Shown: positions 8,426 to 17,863 of the stretch, piece after piece
How the letters are laid out: each line of letters begins with the position of its first letter
Position numbering within the stretch: position 1 is the first letter of the stretch
DNA from: Chitinivibrionales bacterium
GTDB lineage: Bacteria; Fibrobacterota; Chitinivibrionia; Chitinivibrionales; WJKA01
Direction: 5' to 3'
NCBI GenBank assembly: GCA_041641555.1
Contig: JBEPYC010000007.1
Span: 1-34,974 of the forward strand
DNA length: 34,974 nucleotides
Translations under genes and position numbers: made by a program
Notes under the pieces: model-generated
Told to the model about the DNA's origin: nothing
The model's database searches: none
Seen by the model: the letters and a program-made list of their open reading frames with translations, nothing else

Positions 8426-10456
8426 TCAGTGTACCATCCGATAGCCTGCTTGATACCCGAGTTCCGGAGCATGTATCACGTAAATTCCGGCCGGAAGAGG
8501 TGTGGCCGATCGAAGGCGTGACCCGTTTCTGGTGCAGAAGACCCGGGCGCCCTCGAGAGTGTAGATATGTACAGGGCCATCCGCCGTCGTATACCCGTCT
8601 ATAATCAAATACCCAGATGAAGACCGCGGGGTGAGAGCCGGTATGACGGGATGGAAAAGGGCCATGCTCCCAATCCCCGTGCTTTCGCTCCGCATTATCA
8701 GTGTTTCGGTAATACTGTTCCACAGATTGGCGCTGTTCCCGCCTCCGACATATCGCACGTATCTGGCATTTCCAGCGGCCCTGAATTCCTCCAGAGCAGT
8801 CGATGTGCCGCTGCTCTTACCGGTGAAAACCTTCGTCCAGGAAGTGCCGTCGGCTGAGAATTCAAGAGAAAAATCCGACTTCCGTTGATCGCCCTTGAAA
8901 AACGCCAGCTTCACGCTGCCGATATCTTTTTCTTCCCCAAGATCCCACCTGATCCATTCCCCGTCGCCCTCGGATGACCATCGGGTGGCCATGTCTCCAT
9001 CGATAGTGTTCTGCGCGACGTTACCGTCATCTCCACTGGCGGTAACACTCTGGATCGACAAAGCACCGTTGGGAAGAATGTGTATGACAAACGAAGCCCG
9101 GGCGATTTCACTGTCGAGCATACCTTGTTTGGTGGCAATAGCGCGAACGGTCGAAGAAGCCAATAGTTCAATGGGAGAGGTGTAGCGACTGGCATTGGCC
9201 GTAGGCACCGTGCCATCAGTAGTGTAGTAGATTGCTGCATTCTGCGTCGCGCACGTGATAGTAACATGTTGAGCGGTAGAGTATGTTCCACCATCGGGGC
9301 TTATTGACGGAGTCCCCACCCGAGGCATGGAAATCGCCGTGGATTTGGCCATAACGGTAAGCCAGGTGGGATACTCGGTGTTGCTGGAGTTCAGTATCAG
9401 CGCGGCCATTTGCGACAGCTCGGGCTCAAACCCGGACGCTATGGCATATATGTCCGCGTTTGACGGGTCATTGGGGTCAAACGGATGGGGGCAATACTTC
9501 TCGATACCAGCTTGGCAGCGCTCGCGGTCGAATGCGACCGTGCTGTTCTCAAACTCCGTATGCTGTTTCTCGCCCTTCACATACGGGTCGAGAAAATGCA
9601 CCGCCTTCTTTACCGATCCGCCATTGGAAGCTTCCCACTGGTACAGGCTGCTCCCATTGACACGAATCCGTGCCTGCTCGGCCAGGAGACAGAAAATCAA
9701 CAAGGGCCGAAGCCCCCCACGATGGTAGGAAAGGGCATCGCGTTTTGTAAAATCCACCGTCGACCCGTCGCCGTTGATCGCATTGGGTACATACCGTTTG
9801 AACCGATTCACCGCGTCGTTCATCAGAGAACTGCTCTCACAGGCCAGGGCGATTTCGGCAACGATCTTGAAGCGTTTCGTTTCCCAATTGGTATTCGACT
9901 GATCTCTCAGTTCTTTTCGCGCAATTTCCTTCATCCACGATTCGATTGTAATACGTTCTTCGGCCGTAAACGCGTTCTTCACAAGATAATATCCACCGTA
10001 CACCGCTTCCAGCTTGTTCTCGTTGATCGGGTTACCCGTCGGATTGTAAGTCGTGGCCCATGCCCATACGAACTTCTTTATGAAACTTTCGTATTTTGCC
10101 ACCGGCTTTCCGGAATACGCCAGTGTCACCAGCGCCAGTTTGTCCATGTCCCGAAGGTGATCTTCGGTATCGATTCGGCGCCGGTCGGTTTCCAGAATAC
10201 CTTCGTAGTGAATAGTGGCAATCGGTCGCGGAGTATCCCCCAGCACCCCTTCGGCTTCCTGCTCGATCGCGTTAAATGCGGTACGAGCCTGATCATTGGT
10301 CTGGTTTAAAATCGAACACTTCTGTCGGTTTACCGGAGAGAGAAAAATGACATCACGAATGCTGACTTCGGCACCTACATCGGCACAAAACCACAGCAGC
10401 AGCGCAAACGTCCACACCCACAGATATTTCGGACTAATCGTGCAACGAGTATTCAT
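8426..10456 (-). CDS. Secreted multimodular alginate-lyase-family protein (catalytic alpha/alpha domain, Fn3-associated/CHB_HEX_C domain, CBM32/F5-8 type C, C-terminal sorting-like tail)
   Basis: Signal peptide from ATG 10456 (GGGAG RBS); NTNW and DFTKRDALSYH; PSISPDGGTY...IYYTTDGTVPT; ASGDDGNVAQNTIDGDMATRWS; tail IYTLEG...LPAGIYVI. Confidence 0.78.
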   Translation of the reverse strand: MNTRCTISPKYLWVWTFALLLWFCADVGAEVSIRDVIFLSPVNRQKCSILNQTNDQARTAFNAIEQEAEGVLGDTPRPIATIHYEGILETDRRRIDTEDHLRDMDKLALVTLAYSGKPVAKYESFIKKFVWAWATTYNPTGNPINENKLEAVYGGYYLVKNAFTAEERITIESWMKEIARKELRDQSNTNWETKRFKIVAEIALACESSSLMNDAVNRFKRYVPNAINGDGSTVDFTKRDALSYHRGGLRPLLIFCLLAEQARIRVNGSSLYQWEASNGGSVKKAVHFLDPYVKGEKQHTEFENSTVAFDRERCQAGIEKYCPHPFDPNDPSNADIYAIASGFEPELSQMAALILNSSNTEYPTWLTVMAKSTAISMPRVGTPSISPDGGTYSTAQHVTITCATQNAAIYYTTDGTVPTANASRYTSPIELLASSTVRAIATKQGMLDSEIARASFVIHILPNGALSIQSVTASGDDGNVAQNTIDGDMATRWSSEGDGEWIRWDLGEEKDIGSVKLAFFKGDQRKSDFSLEFSADGTSWTKVFTGKSSGTSTALEEFRAAGNARYVRYVGGGNSANLWNSITETLIMRSESTGIGSMALFHPVIPALTPRSSSGYLIIDGYTTADGPVHIYTLEGARVFCTRNGSRLRSATPLPAGIYVIHAPELGYQAGYRMVH

Positions 10457-10618
10457 GTAGTCTCCCGTCAAAGCTACTGAGAACCCGGGTTTGTAGCAAC
10501 CCCTCTCCGCCACGCGAGCGCAGGTCTCACGCATAGCTCCCTAAGTATAGAATAATTTATCTTCCCGTGAAAGGCAAAACAGGACTTTAGGGGCAATGAA
10601 ACCAGGCGGTTCTATCAG

Positions 10619-11650
10619 ATGAGTACGCACACCTGCCTTCATATTCACTGCGGCGATGCTTCCGCCCGGATGCTGCACGATAGCGGTGTGCCCGGCAACA
10701 CCCTTGTCTGGCGGGAGATCTATATCGAAGGACCGGTGCCGGGGGATGTAACCGAAAAAGATCTTCAGAAGATTCGGGCGCACTACCTGAGCCAATCGGT
10801 AGGAATCCCCTACGATCGGGTACTTCAAGGGACACATGCCCGGTACGAAACACTTAAAAATGCCGGGAGCTACGATGAAGTCGTTCTCTGGTTCGATGCC
10901 TGCATGTTCGATCAGACAATCATGACCAAAGTGCTTGACCTCTGCAGGCGACAGGAATGGTTGCGGGATAATGTCACACTCATTTGCGTCTCCGACCGCG
11001 GACTGGGAGCATACCGACCAGAAGAATTTCCCGCGCTCTTCGAACTACGTCAGCATGTTGACCGTGAGCAGTTTTCACTGGCACAAGACGCATGGAAAGC
11101 GTTTACCTCAGATACCCCCAAAGCATTGGAGGATCTTCTCGCCCAAGACTGCTCGGCACTTCCGTTTCTGGCCGATGCCCTCAGGCGGTTTCTTCAGCAG
11201 TACCCATCGGTCCAAAACGGACTCAACCGGCTGGAAAACCAGACACTTTTCGCGGTGGCTTCGGGTACGGCAAAGCTCAATCCGATCTTCAGGGAGGTCT
11301 CATCCCACGAAGAGCAACCTTTTCTGGGCGATACCAGCCAATGGAAGGTCATCTACCAGCTTGCTACCTGCCCAAACCCCGTCCTCCGGGTCTCCGGCCC
11401 CGATCATTTCGAATCACTGACGCAATTCGATCCCGAGAACTATGATCAACCTACGGGGAACCAGATCGACCAATGGGACATCTCTCTGACGGAAACCGGA
11501 AAAAAGGTCCTCGAAGGAGAAGTGGATTTCGTTCATTTGAACGGAATCGATCGGTGGCTTGGGGGTGTGCACCTTTCAGGAGAAGAGGCACGGTGGCGGT
11601 GGAATAGCACCTCGTCCAGAATGCAAGACATCTTCTCCCGTGGAGCATAA
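10619..11650 (+). CDS. DUF1835 domain protein
   Basis: LHIHCGD, WREIYIEGP, EVVLWFDACMFDQ, NGIDRWLGGVHL. Confidence 0.8.
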   Translation: MSTHTCLHIHCGDASARMLHDSGVPGNTLVWREIYIEGPVPGDVTEKDLQKIRAHYLSQSVGIPYDRVLQGTHARYETLKNAGSYDEVVLWFDACMFDQTIMTKVLDLCRRQEWLRDNVTLICVSDRGLGAYRPEEFPALFELRQHVDREQFSLAQDAWKAFTSDTPKALEDLLAQDCSALPFLADALRRFLQQYPSVQNGLNRLENQTLFAVASGTAKLNPIFREVSSHEEQPFLGDTSQWKVIYQLATCPNPVLRVSGPDHFESLTQFDPENYDQPTGNQIDQWDISLTETGKKVLEGEVDFVHLNGIDRWLGGVHLSGEEARWRWNSTSSRMQDIFSRGA

Positions 11651-11894
11651 GATGAATGGGAGGATGAATCTGGGTAGAGAGGTTGAAAAAGCCGTTCTAT
11701 GCATAGATTAGCAATGATCAGAGGCTTCTGAAGCCATTTCGTGGCACCTGAAGCAGTGGCACGACTCTTGAATAAGCAGGAGGCCGGTGGTGGTATAGAT
11801 AGATGCGCCAAAAAGCTTATTACCTGTTGAAGCCCTCTGACCATAGACATAATTTCATATATAGGCCATAACCCGTCCCATAAGGAGAAATAGT

Positions 11895-13223
11895 ATGAGA
11901 ATCACAGCCGTGCGTGCAGTATCGATTCCGCTCATGGTAACTCTCGGGTTCTTGTTTCTTGGGTGCAACGAAAACAATGCCACCGGTGCCGGCGCCACCG
12001 GGGCCGGCACACCGTTTCAGGTGGCAAAATCCGAAGCTCAGCGGATAACCGAGCCGGCATCGAGCAGTTTGCTGGAATCCCAGGCTGTATCGATCAACCA
12101 GTTCGCCCTCGACATGTACAACCAGCTTGTCGACTCCACAAGCAACCTATTCTTCTCTCCCTACAGCATAACGGCCGCCCTTGGGATGACCGAAGCCGGC
12201 GCGAGGGGAGAGACGGCCGCACAAATCAGGAAAGCACTCTCGGTTCCCTTGTCCGGTGACGACTTCCACGAAGCTATCAACAGTCTGGATTTGTCGCTTG
12301 CCGATCATGCTGAGCAAACCGAAGGTCTGACTCTCAACGTAGCCAACAGCATCTGGGCGCAGACCGGATGGGATATGCGGGTGGGGTACCTCGATTTACT
12401 CTCGCGCTACTATGGCGCCGGAGTGAACCTTCTTGATTTCAAGAACCAGCCTGATTCAAGCCGGACAATCATAAACACCTGGGTGGCCGACCAAACCAAC
12501 CAGAAAATCAAGAATCTCATCCCCGCGGGCACGATCACGACGCTTACCAGACTCGTTTTGACCAACGCAATCTACTTTCTGGGAGATTGGCTGTACCAGT
12601 TCGACCCGGCGTTGACCAGCAACGAAACGTTTACCCTGCTGGATAACCAGAGGGTATCGGTGCCACTGATGCAACTGGGAGAAAACGGAAAAGAAGTACG
12701 CATGAACTATGCGCGCAAAGGAAATGTTCGTGCGATCGATCTCCCCTATCGCGGCAACCGTCTAAGCATGACGGTCGTGCTTCCGGACCAGGGTGCATTC
12801 AGGGAATTCGAACAGAACATGACCGCCGAATCTATCGACACCCTTATCCAGGCTCTCGACTCGACCGATCTCCCGCCGGTACGCCTGCCTAAATTCACCT
12901 TTACATCCGCATCTGTTTCTCTCAAGCCTGCACTCCTTTCGCTCGGGATGACCGATGCATTCACCGGGGCTGCCGATCTTTCGGGCATTGACGGTACAAA
13001 GAGCCTGTACGTGCAAGACGTGATTCACAAGGCCTTTATCGCTGTCGATGAACAGGGCACCGAGGCCGCCGCAGCAACCGCAGTGATCATAGGAAGAACA
13101 TCGGCGCCGGTCGATCCGCCGCACTTTGTGGCCGACCGTCCGTTTGTCTACCTGATTCGCGACACCCGGACCGGAGCGATTCTTTTCATGGGGCGAGTTA
13201 TGAATCCTACCGCAGAAGGGTAA
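11895..13223 (+). CDS. Serpin (serine protease inhibitor), lipoprotein
   Basis: Lipobox FLGC; NLFFSPYSI, LTNAIYFLGDW, hinge EQGTEAAAAT, FVADRPF...ILFMGRV. Confidence 0.95.
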   Translation: MRITAVRAVSIPLMVTLGFLFLGCNENNATGAGATGAGTPFQVAKSEAQRITEPASSSLLESQAVSINQFALDMYNQLVDSTSNLFFSPYSITAALGMTEAGARGETAAQIRKALSVPLSGDDFHEAINSLDLSLADHAEQTEGLTLNVANSIWAQTGWDMRVGYLDLLSRYYGAGVNLLDFKNQPDSSRTIINTWVADQTNQKIKNLIPAGTITTLTRLVLTNAIYFLGDWLYQFDPALTSNETFTLLDNQRVSVPLMQLGENGKEVRMNYARKGNVRAIDLPYRGNRLSMTVVLPDQGAFREFEQNMTAESIDTLIQALDSTDLPPVRLPKFTFTSASVSLKPALLSLGMTDAFTGAADLSGIDGTKSLYVQDVIHKAFIAVDEQGTEAAAATAVIIGRTSAPVDPPHFVADRPFVYLIRDTRTGAILFMGRVMNPTAEG

Positions 13224-13226
13224 CAT

Positions 13227-13868
13227 ATGCGTTTGAGACGCCAAGCCCCCGGCCTCGCGCTGCCGGGGGCATTGTTCTTGTTTTTTACCGGATTGTATGC
13301 CTGCTGCAATGCCGCACCGATAGTTGTCCCGGGAATTGGGAAGGATGGTTCCGCGCGAACAGTCTGGGTCACCGGAAAAGATTTCCCTCGTGTCTCCGCA
13401 CTGACCCTTACGTTCGCCTATGATTCTTCGGTGATAAACGCCTCGGAAGCGATCGCATCGTCTCCTATTCCGTCCACTGCCTTCGGGGCATCTTTGGACC
13501 CGGTGAATCAGAAGCTCAGCATTACCGTACAGGCAACCAGCTCATTTGCCGTCAACGATGGTGATGAATTAGTGAAACTGAGCATCCCCGACGTGTCTTC
13601 ATCTGTTTCCCCTGATGCGCTCACGCTCACCGAGGCAACGTGTCTCGATGCCCATGGAAACACAGTGATGGTACAGATCGAACCGGCTGCCCAGACAATC
13701 CTTCCCTCCTACCGTCCATCTGAGGTCTCTTCGGGAACGCATCGGCAGACATCCACCCTGTCGGCGGCAGTTCTGGCCAATGGCCGGAAATCACCCATTC
13801 GGGCGAATCGTCCCAGTGGGATTGTTGTGAATGAGAATGAAAAGATATCGGTTCGACTCGGAAGGTAG
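13227..13868 (+). CDS. Secreted cohesin-like beta-sandwich protein with a basic C-terminal tail
   Basis: Signal peptide; VSALTLTFAYDSSVI, GDELVKL, LTLTEATCLDAHG resemble cohesin-like domains; tail LANGRK...SGIVV. Confidence 0.55.
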   Translation: MRLRRQAPGLALPGALFLFFTGLYACCNAAPIVVPGIGKDGSARTVWVTGKDFPRVSALTLTFAYDSSVINASEAIASSPIPSTAFGASLDPVNQKLSITVQATSSFAVNDGDELVKLSIPDVSSSVSPDALTLTEATCLDAHGNTVMVQIEPAAQTILPSYRPSEVSSGTHRQTSTLSAAVLANGRKSPIRANRPSGIVVNENEKISVRLGR

Positions 13869-13874
13869 TTCCAC

Positions 13875-14444
13875 CTACTCCCCGGCAAATCGGATATCAT
13901 CTCCGGTCGCTGGTTTCTCATCGGGACCTTTGGAGAAGAGCACAAACCCTGAGCTATCGTCCTTCACCGCATACACATACGGCTCTCCCCAGGGATCGGT
14001 CAGCCAGGTTCGTCGAAGAGGGCGGCCGACGGTCAGGGAAGCGATCGATTCGGGGTAGGTTCCCTGGGTCTGATGGTAGGTAAGGATAGCCCGGCGGATT
14101 TCGTTTCCGTGTAGACGCGAACTGGAGGTAGTGGACCGGAATGCGGAAGCTCGCTTTGCTACAAGCATTGTTCCTTTGTATGCGACAAATGCCCCAAGTG
14201 GCACCACGACTAAGAGGAACACGAACACCCATGCGGCATCTTTGCCCGAAAAGGCGGGGATTGCACCTTGCTTTTGCGCCCGGATAATATCCACGATCGA
14301 CCAGATGAGTGTCACCGGATACAGAAAAGGAAGGAGCGTCAGCGCAATGAGAAGAAGCCCGAGCTTTGTGCGACCGTAGTAGATCTGCCCCAGACCCGGG
14401 AACAAAAGGGAAAGGAGAATGCCGATCACATGGAACCCCGGCAC
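13875..14444 (-). CDS. Membrane protein with a C-terminal type II secretion GspG-like domain
   Basis: N-terminal LSLLFPGLGQIY and three TM segments; C-terminal YPESIASL...DPWGEPYVY...LFSKGPD...TGDDI. Confidence 0.75.
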   Translation of the reverse strand: MPGFHVIGILLSLLFPGLGQIYYGRTKLGLLLIALTLLPFLYPVTLIWSIVDIIRAQKQGAIPAFSGKDAAWVFVFLLVVVPLGAFVAYKGTMLVAKRASAFRSTTSSSRLHGNEIRRAILTYHQTQGTYPESIASLTVGRPLRRTWLTDPWGEPYVYAVKDDSSGFVLFSKGPDEKPATGDDIRFAGE

Positions 14445-14923
14445 TGCCAGTTGGAAGACGTATCAACAGTCGACGAACCGACCGACTGGCTCAAGTCGAA
14501 CTCGTGCGAGTTTCCTTCAAACTCTACGGTCAGATTTTCCGCTTTGCCGACAGCCACTTCGCAATACAGATCGAAATAGCACATACACGATGCCTTAACC
14601 TTCGGGTCATTTTTGTCTTCGACCGATATAGTATACCGGCCGTCTCCCTGCGTCACCGACATTTCCGGTTTAACGGCACAGTTCATTAGCCGGCGGGTCA
14701 GATAAAGCTCGAGAACATGATCGTTTTCCCGATAGCTCCATCTCAGTTTTTCGGCGCTACAGTACTCGGCCGAGTCAATGTCTTCAGGGGTAAATTCAAC
14801 CGCCTTGCCCAGTCCCACAAAACCACCGCATTCACTTGTCTTGTGATTTTGTGAGATGCGATCCGGCCCGGTTGAACACGCCAATACCAATAGAACTACT
14901 GCAGAAACAATCACTCTTACCAT
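14426..14923 (-). CDS. Hypothetical Cys-rich lipoprotein
   Basis: MVRVIVSAVVLLVLAC lipobox from ATG 14923; SECGG, NC and CMCYFDL motifs. Confidence 0.72.
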   Translation of the reverse strand: MVRVIVSAVVLLVLACSTGPDRISQNHKTSECGGFVGLGKAVEFTPEDIDSAEYCSAEKLRWSYRENDHVLELYLTRRLMNCAVKPEMSVTQGDGRYTISVEDKNDPKVKASCMCYFDLYCEVAVGKAENLTVEFEGNSHEFDLSQSVGSSTVDTSSNWQCRGSM

Positions 14924-15035
14924 CAAAAACCCTTTCGCTCTCCTGGGACCATTCCCTGTAGTGAAACTATATCCGGTTTTCCGGCAAGGCAAGAGTGAAG
15001 GAAATTCCCCCGCAACACGCTCCTCACTCCTCCAT

Positions 15036-15254
15036 TCAAAAACTATACACCCCTTCGAAATAAACCTTATCCAGATCCTCCAGTGCCGAGAACGCACCTT
15101 TTTCCTCTGCATCGATAACCCGGACGCCAAGTGTCAAATTGAGATTATCGATTGCTTTCCAGGTCACTTCGGGTTGGTACAGGATTGCAAAGCTGTTCTC
15201 GATATCATCGAAATCGGCTACTTCCAGGCCAACCCCCAACCGAAGTATTCTTCG
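15036..15254 (-). pseudogene. C-terminal remnant of an outer-membrane beta-barrel gene
   Basis: Alternating strands ending VYFEGVYSF; upstream frame closed by a stop at 15330-15332, with no ATG or signal peptide. Confidence 0.55.
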
Positions 15255-15383
15255 AAGTTTTCCTGGGACGGCCGGAAAGGCAACAGGATAACAATGCGGT
15301 TTCGCCGATAATGCCGGTTTGCCACGACGTCATCGTGTGCGGTGCCGCAAGCAGTACACGCTACGGGTCTGGTTACCGCGCCC

Positions 15384-15402
15384 ATGCTTCGACTCGCTCA
15401 GC
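15384..15402. repeat. REP-like short dispersed repeat, copy 2 (ATGCTTCGACTCGCTCAGC)
   Basis: 18/19 identical to 90-108. Confidence 0.55.
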
Positions 15403-15468
15403 GGTCGCCTCCCGCTTCCTTGCTGGTAGTTCTTTCATCCTGAGCATCCTGGTGGTATTTTTCATTTT

Positions 15469-15864
15469 ATGTTTTTCCGACTCCTTTTACTATTCACACT
15501 GCTTCCGCTGCTCGAACTCTTTCTGCTGATTCGGGTGGGGCAGGTAATCGGGGCGCTCAGCACCATTGCGGTGGTGATCGTGACCGCGATGATCGGGGCG
15601 GTACTTACTCGTCAGCAGGGATATCAGACACTGGAAAGAATTCGGGAGAACCTCTCCCGTGGTACCATGCCGGCATCGGAGATAATCGATGCCCTCCTGA
15701 TATTCGTGGCTGGGGTGGTTCTACTTACTCCGGGATTCGTTACCGACAGCCTGGGATTTCTTCTTCTCATACCCCAAAGCCGACGCGGGGTTAAAAAGTG
15801 GCTGGCACGAAAATTCCGCGACTGGATCGATCGGGGCGATGTCCATATCCGCTTCTTTGGGTAG
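15469..15864 (+). CDS. fxsA: FxsA family membrane protein
   Basis: PLLELFLLIRVG...AGVVLLTPGFVTDSLGFLLLIP. Confidence 0.92.
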   Translation: MFFRLLLLFTLLPLLELFLLIRVGQVIGALSTIAVVIVTAMIGAVLTRQQGYQTLERIRENLSRGTMPASEIIDALLIFVAGVVLLTPGFVTDSLGFLLLIPQSRRGVKKWLARKFRDWIDRGDVHIRFFG

Positions 15865-15932
15865 CCCAAACGCTTGCACTTTACATGCATTCTGATGTGG
15901 TTTTGGTGTTGGTGTGGCGACGCACGGTCATA

Positions 15933-16541
15933 TCATTTTCGTGACCGGGCCTCGCGCCGCTGTGCGGCTTCGGCCTTACTCAGCCGGCACCCGCAATAAT
16001 CCTGTCGATAGAGTCCCAGCTCGTTGCTAAGCCTGACACTCTCCAAAAAACCATTCTTCTTCTTGAAATCAAACGGCACATACGAGAGACCGTAATCCTC
16101 GGCCGCGATCCGGCCGGTTTCATTGAGCATGGCAATTTTTTTGTGCGGGGAAACACTCATGACCGTTGTAAAGGCAGGATACCCATTCTCTTTGCAGAAA
16201 GCGGCAGTCCTCCGCAATCTCAGCAGAAAACACTCGTAGCACCTTCGGCCACCTTCGCCGCTCTCCTCGTGGCCATCTATCGCATTCTCCCAGCTCACCG
16301 GCGCATACGAATCCGTATCGAATGGAACACCGTAGCGCCCTGCTACCTTCCGCGCCTCATCGACACGCTTCCGGTACTCTTCTTCGGGTTGAATATTCGG
16401 ATTGCACCAAAAACAGTGAAGGTCATACTGATCCCGGAGCGTATGCACCACATAGGCTTCATCAGGTGCACAGCAGATGTGCAACACCAGCGGTTCTGTT
16501 TTGATGTCTTCAAGGGGAGCGGTCTGATCAGTGGTATTCAT
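15933..16541 (-). CDS. queH: Epoxyqueuosine reductase QueH (DUF208)
   Basis: LHICCAPD, NPNIQPEEEY, RCYECFLLRL, YRQDYCGC. Confidence 0.92.
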   Translation of the reverse strand: MNTTDQTAPLEDIKTEPLVLHICCAPDEAYVVHTLRDQYDLHCFWCNPNIQPEEEYRKRVDEARKVAGRYGVPFDTDSYAPVSWENAIDGHEESGEGGRRCYECFLLRLRRTAAFCKENGYPAFTTVMSVSPHKKIAMLNETGRIAAEDYGLSYVPFDFKKKNGFLESVRLSNELGLYRQDYCGCRLSKAEAAQRREARSRK

Positions 16542-16551
16542 GCCGTGATTC

Positions 16552-17853
16552 TCATTTCAAAAACAATTCGATAACCGGGACGGCCACCCGCGGTTTTTCC
16601 ACCGGCAGCTCCAATGTGAGAAGATCTGCATCCCTGGCTTCACCCATGTGATCGGCATCTTCGGGTCGAATCTCTTTCTGGATCATCCCGACCTCAGAGG
16701 CATCATTGAGCAGCTGGGCATACTCCACTTTCCCCCCGAGCCCGTCGAGGTGAAGCTGACGAAAAGGCCAGCTCATCACATGAAGGTAGAGAACATTTTT
16801 TTCCGGATTGAAGGTGAACAGGCACCCCTTGGGTGGAATATAATCCGAAGGAGCCTGGGTGCATCCGTAAATTGACCGTCCATGGCGTTTCACCCACTCC
16901 CCGATTCCCTCGAGCCGCTCCATTGTCCGTTCATCGAACTCCCCCCGACCGGTCGGTCCGACATTGAGAAGCAGGTTACCGCCCTTGCTGACCGACTCGA
17001 TAAGTAACCCGATCAGCTGCTCCACACTTTTCCAGTTGCGTTCATCGCGACAGTAGCCCCATGACCCGCCAAATGTGTGGCATGCTTCCCATACCACCGG
17101 TCGTCCGTTGACTTTCACCCACTCACGAGGCATGAACTGCTCGGGTGTTTTTACGTCCTGGTCGATCTGGAGCCGGTCATTGAGAATGATATTCGGCTGA
17201 TGCGTGCGTACAAGCCTGATAAGCTCATCGCCTCTCCACTGCTCCCGCCCTTTCCCGGGAAATCCATCGCGCTCAGGAAACGAAAAATCAAACCAGAGGA
17301 TATCGACCGTACCAAACCTCGTCATCAGTTCTTCGACCTGACCGTGAAGGTAGGAAACATACGTATCCCATTTCCGTGAGCTGTCTGCTGCAGCATACTC
17401 CCGGTCATCACGCATCGGATGGGCCCAGTCAAGGGTGTACTCAGGATGATGCCAATCCAGAAGCGAGTGGTAAAAGCCCACTTTCATGTTCTCTTCGCGA
17501 AAAGCATCTACCATTGGTGCGATCAGGTCTTTTCCGCACGGTGTCGCAGTCGTTTTGTAGTCGGTGAGTTTCGAATCCCACAGGCAGAAGCCATCGTGGT
17601 GTTTCGTGGTCACCACGAAATATTTCATGCCTGCACGGGAAGCCATTCGCGCCCAGGTGCGGGGATCATAGAGATCGGGATCGAACCGTTTGAAGTACGA
17701 CCGGTACTGTTCGGTGGTCATTTTCTCGTGGCTTTGCAGCCATTCGTGGCGGGCGCCAAGACTGTAGAGGCCCCAGTGAATGAACAGTCCGAAGCGATCA
17801 TGAGTAAACCAGCTGGTATCTCCGGGTGTGCACGCCGGACCGGGTACGGCCAT
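16552..17853 (-). CDS. Alpha-L-fucosidase (GH29), no signal peptide
   Basis: RFGLFIHWGLYS, TTKHHDGFCLW, YHSLLDW, ILWFD, SKGGNLLLNVGP. Confidence 0.93.
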   Translation of the reverse strand: MAVPGPACTPGDTSWFTHDRFGLFIHWGLYSLGARHEWLQSHEKMTTEQYRSYFKRFDPDLYDPRTWARMASRAGMKYFVVTTKHHDGFCLWDSKLTDYKTTATPCGKDLIAPMVDAFREENMKVGFYHSLLDWHHPEYTLDWAHPMRDDREYAAADSSRKWDTYVSYLHGQVEELMTRFGTVDILWFDFSFPERDGFPGKGREQWRGDELIRLVRTHQPNIILNDRLQIDQDVKTPEQFMPREWVKVNGRPVVWEACHTFGGSWGYCRDERNWKSVEQLIGLLIESVSKGGNLLLNVGPTGRGEFDERTMERLEGIGEWVKRHGRSIYGCTQAPSDYIPPKGCLFTFNPEKNVLYLHVMSWPFRQLHLDGLGGKVEYAQLLNDASEVGMIQKEIRPEDADHMGEARDADLLTLELPVEKPRVAVPVIELFLK

Positions 17854-17863
17854 GGCAATCTCC

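Noticed and set aside
9485-10309. Long antisense ORFs (also 7475-8119, 20754-21500, 33404-34270)
   Set aside because: Shadow frames of well-supported genes on the opposite strand
10500-10570. GGGAAG...GAGACCTGC on the minus strand, reminiscent of a cobalamin riboswitch 3' end
   Set aside because: The upstream core elements and B12 box are missing
14924-15130. N-terminal extension of the 234-aa ORF
   Set aside because: The lipoprotein signal starts at 14923; the extension overlaps the barrel remnant in another frame
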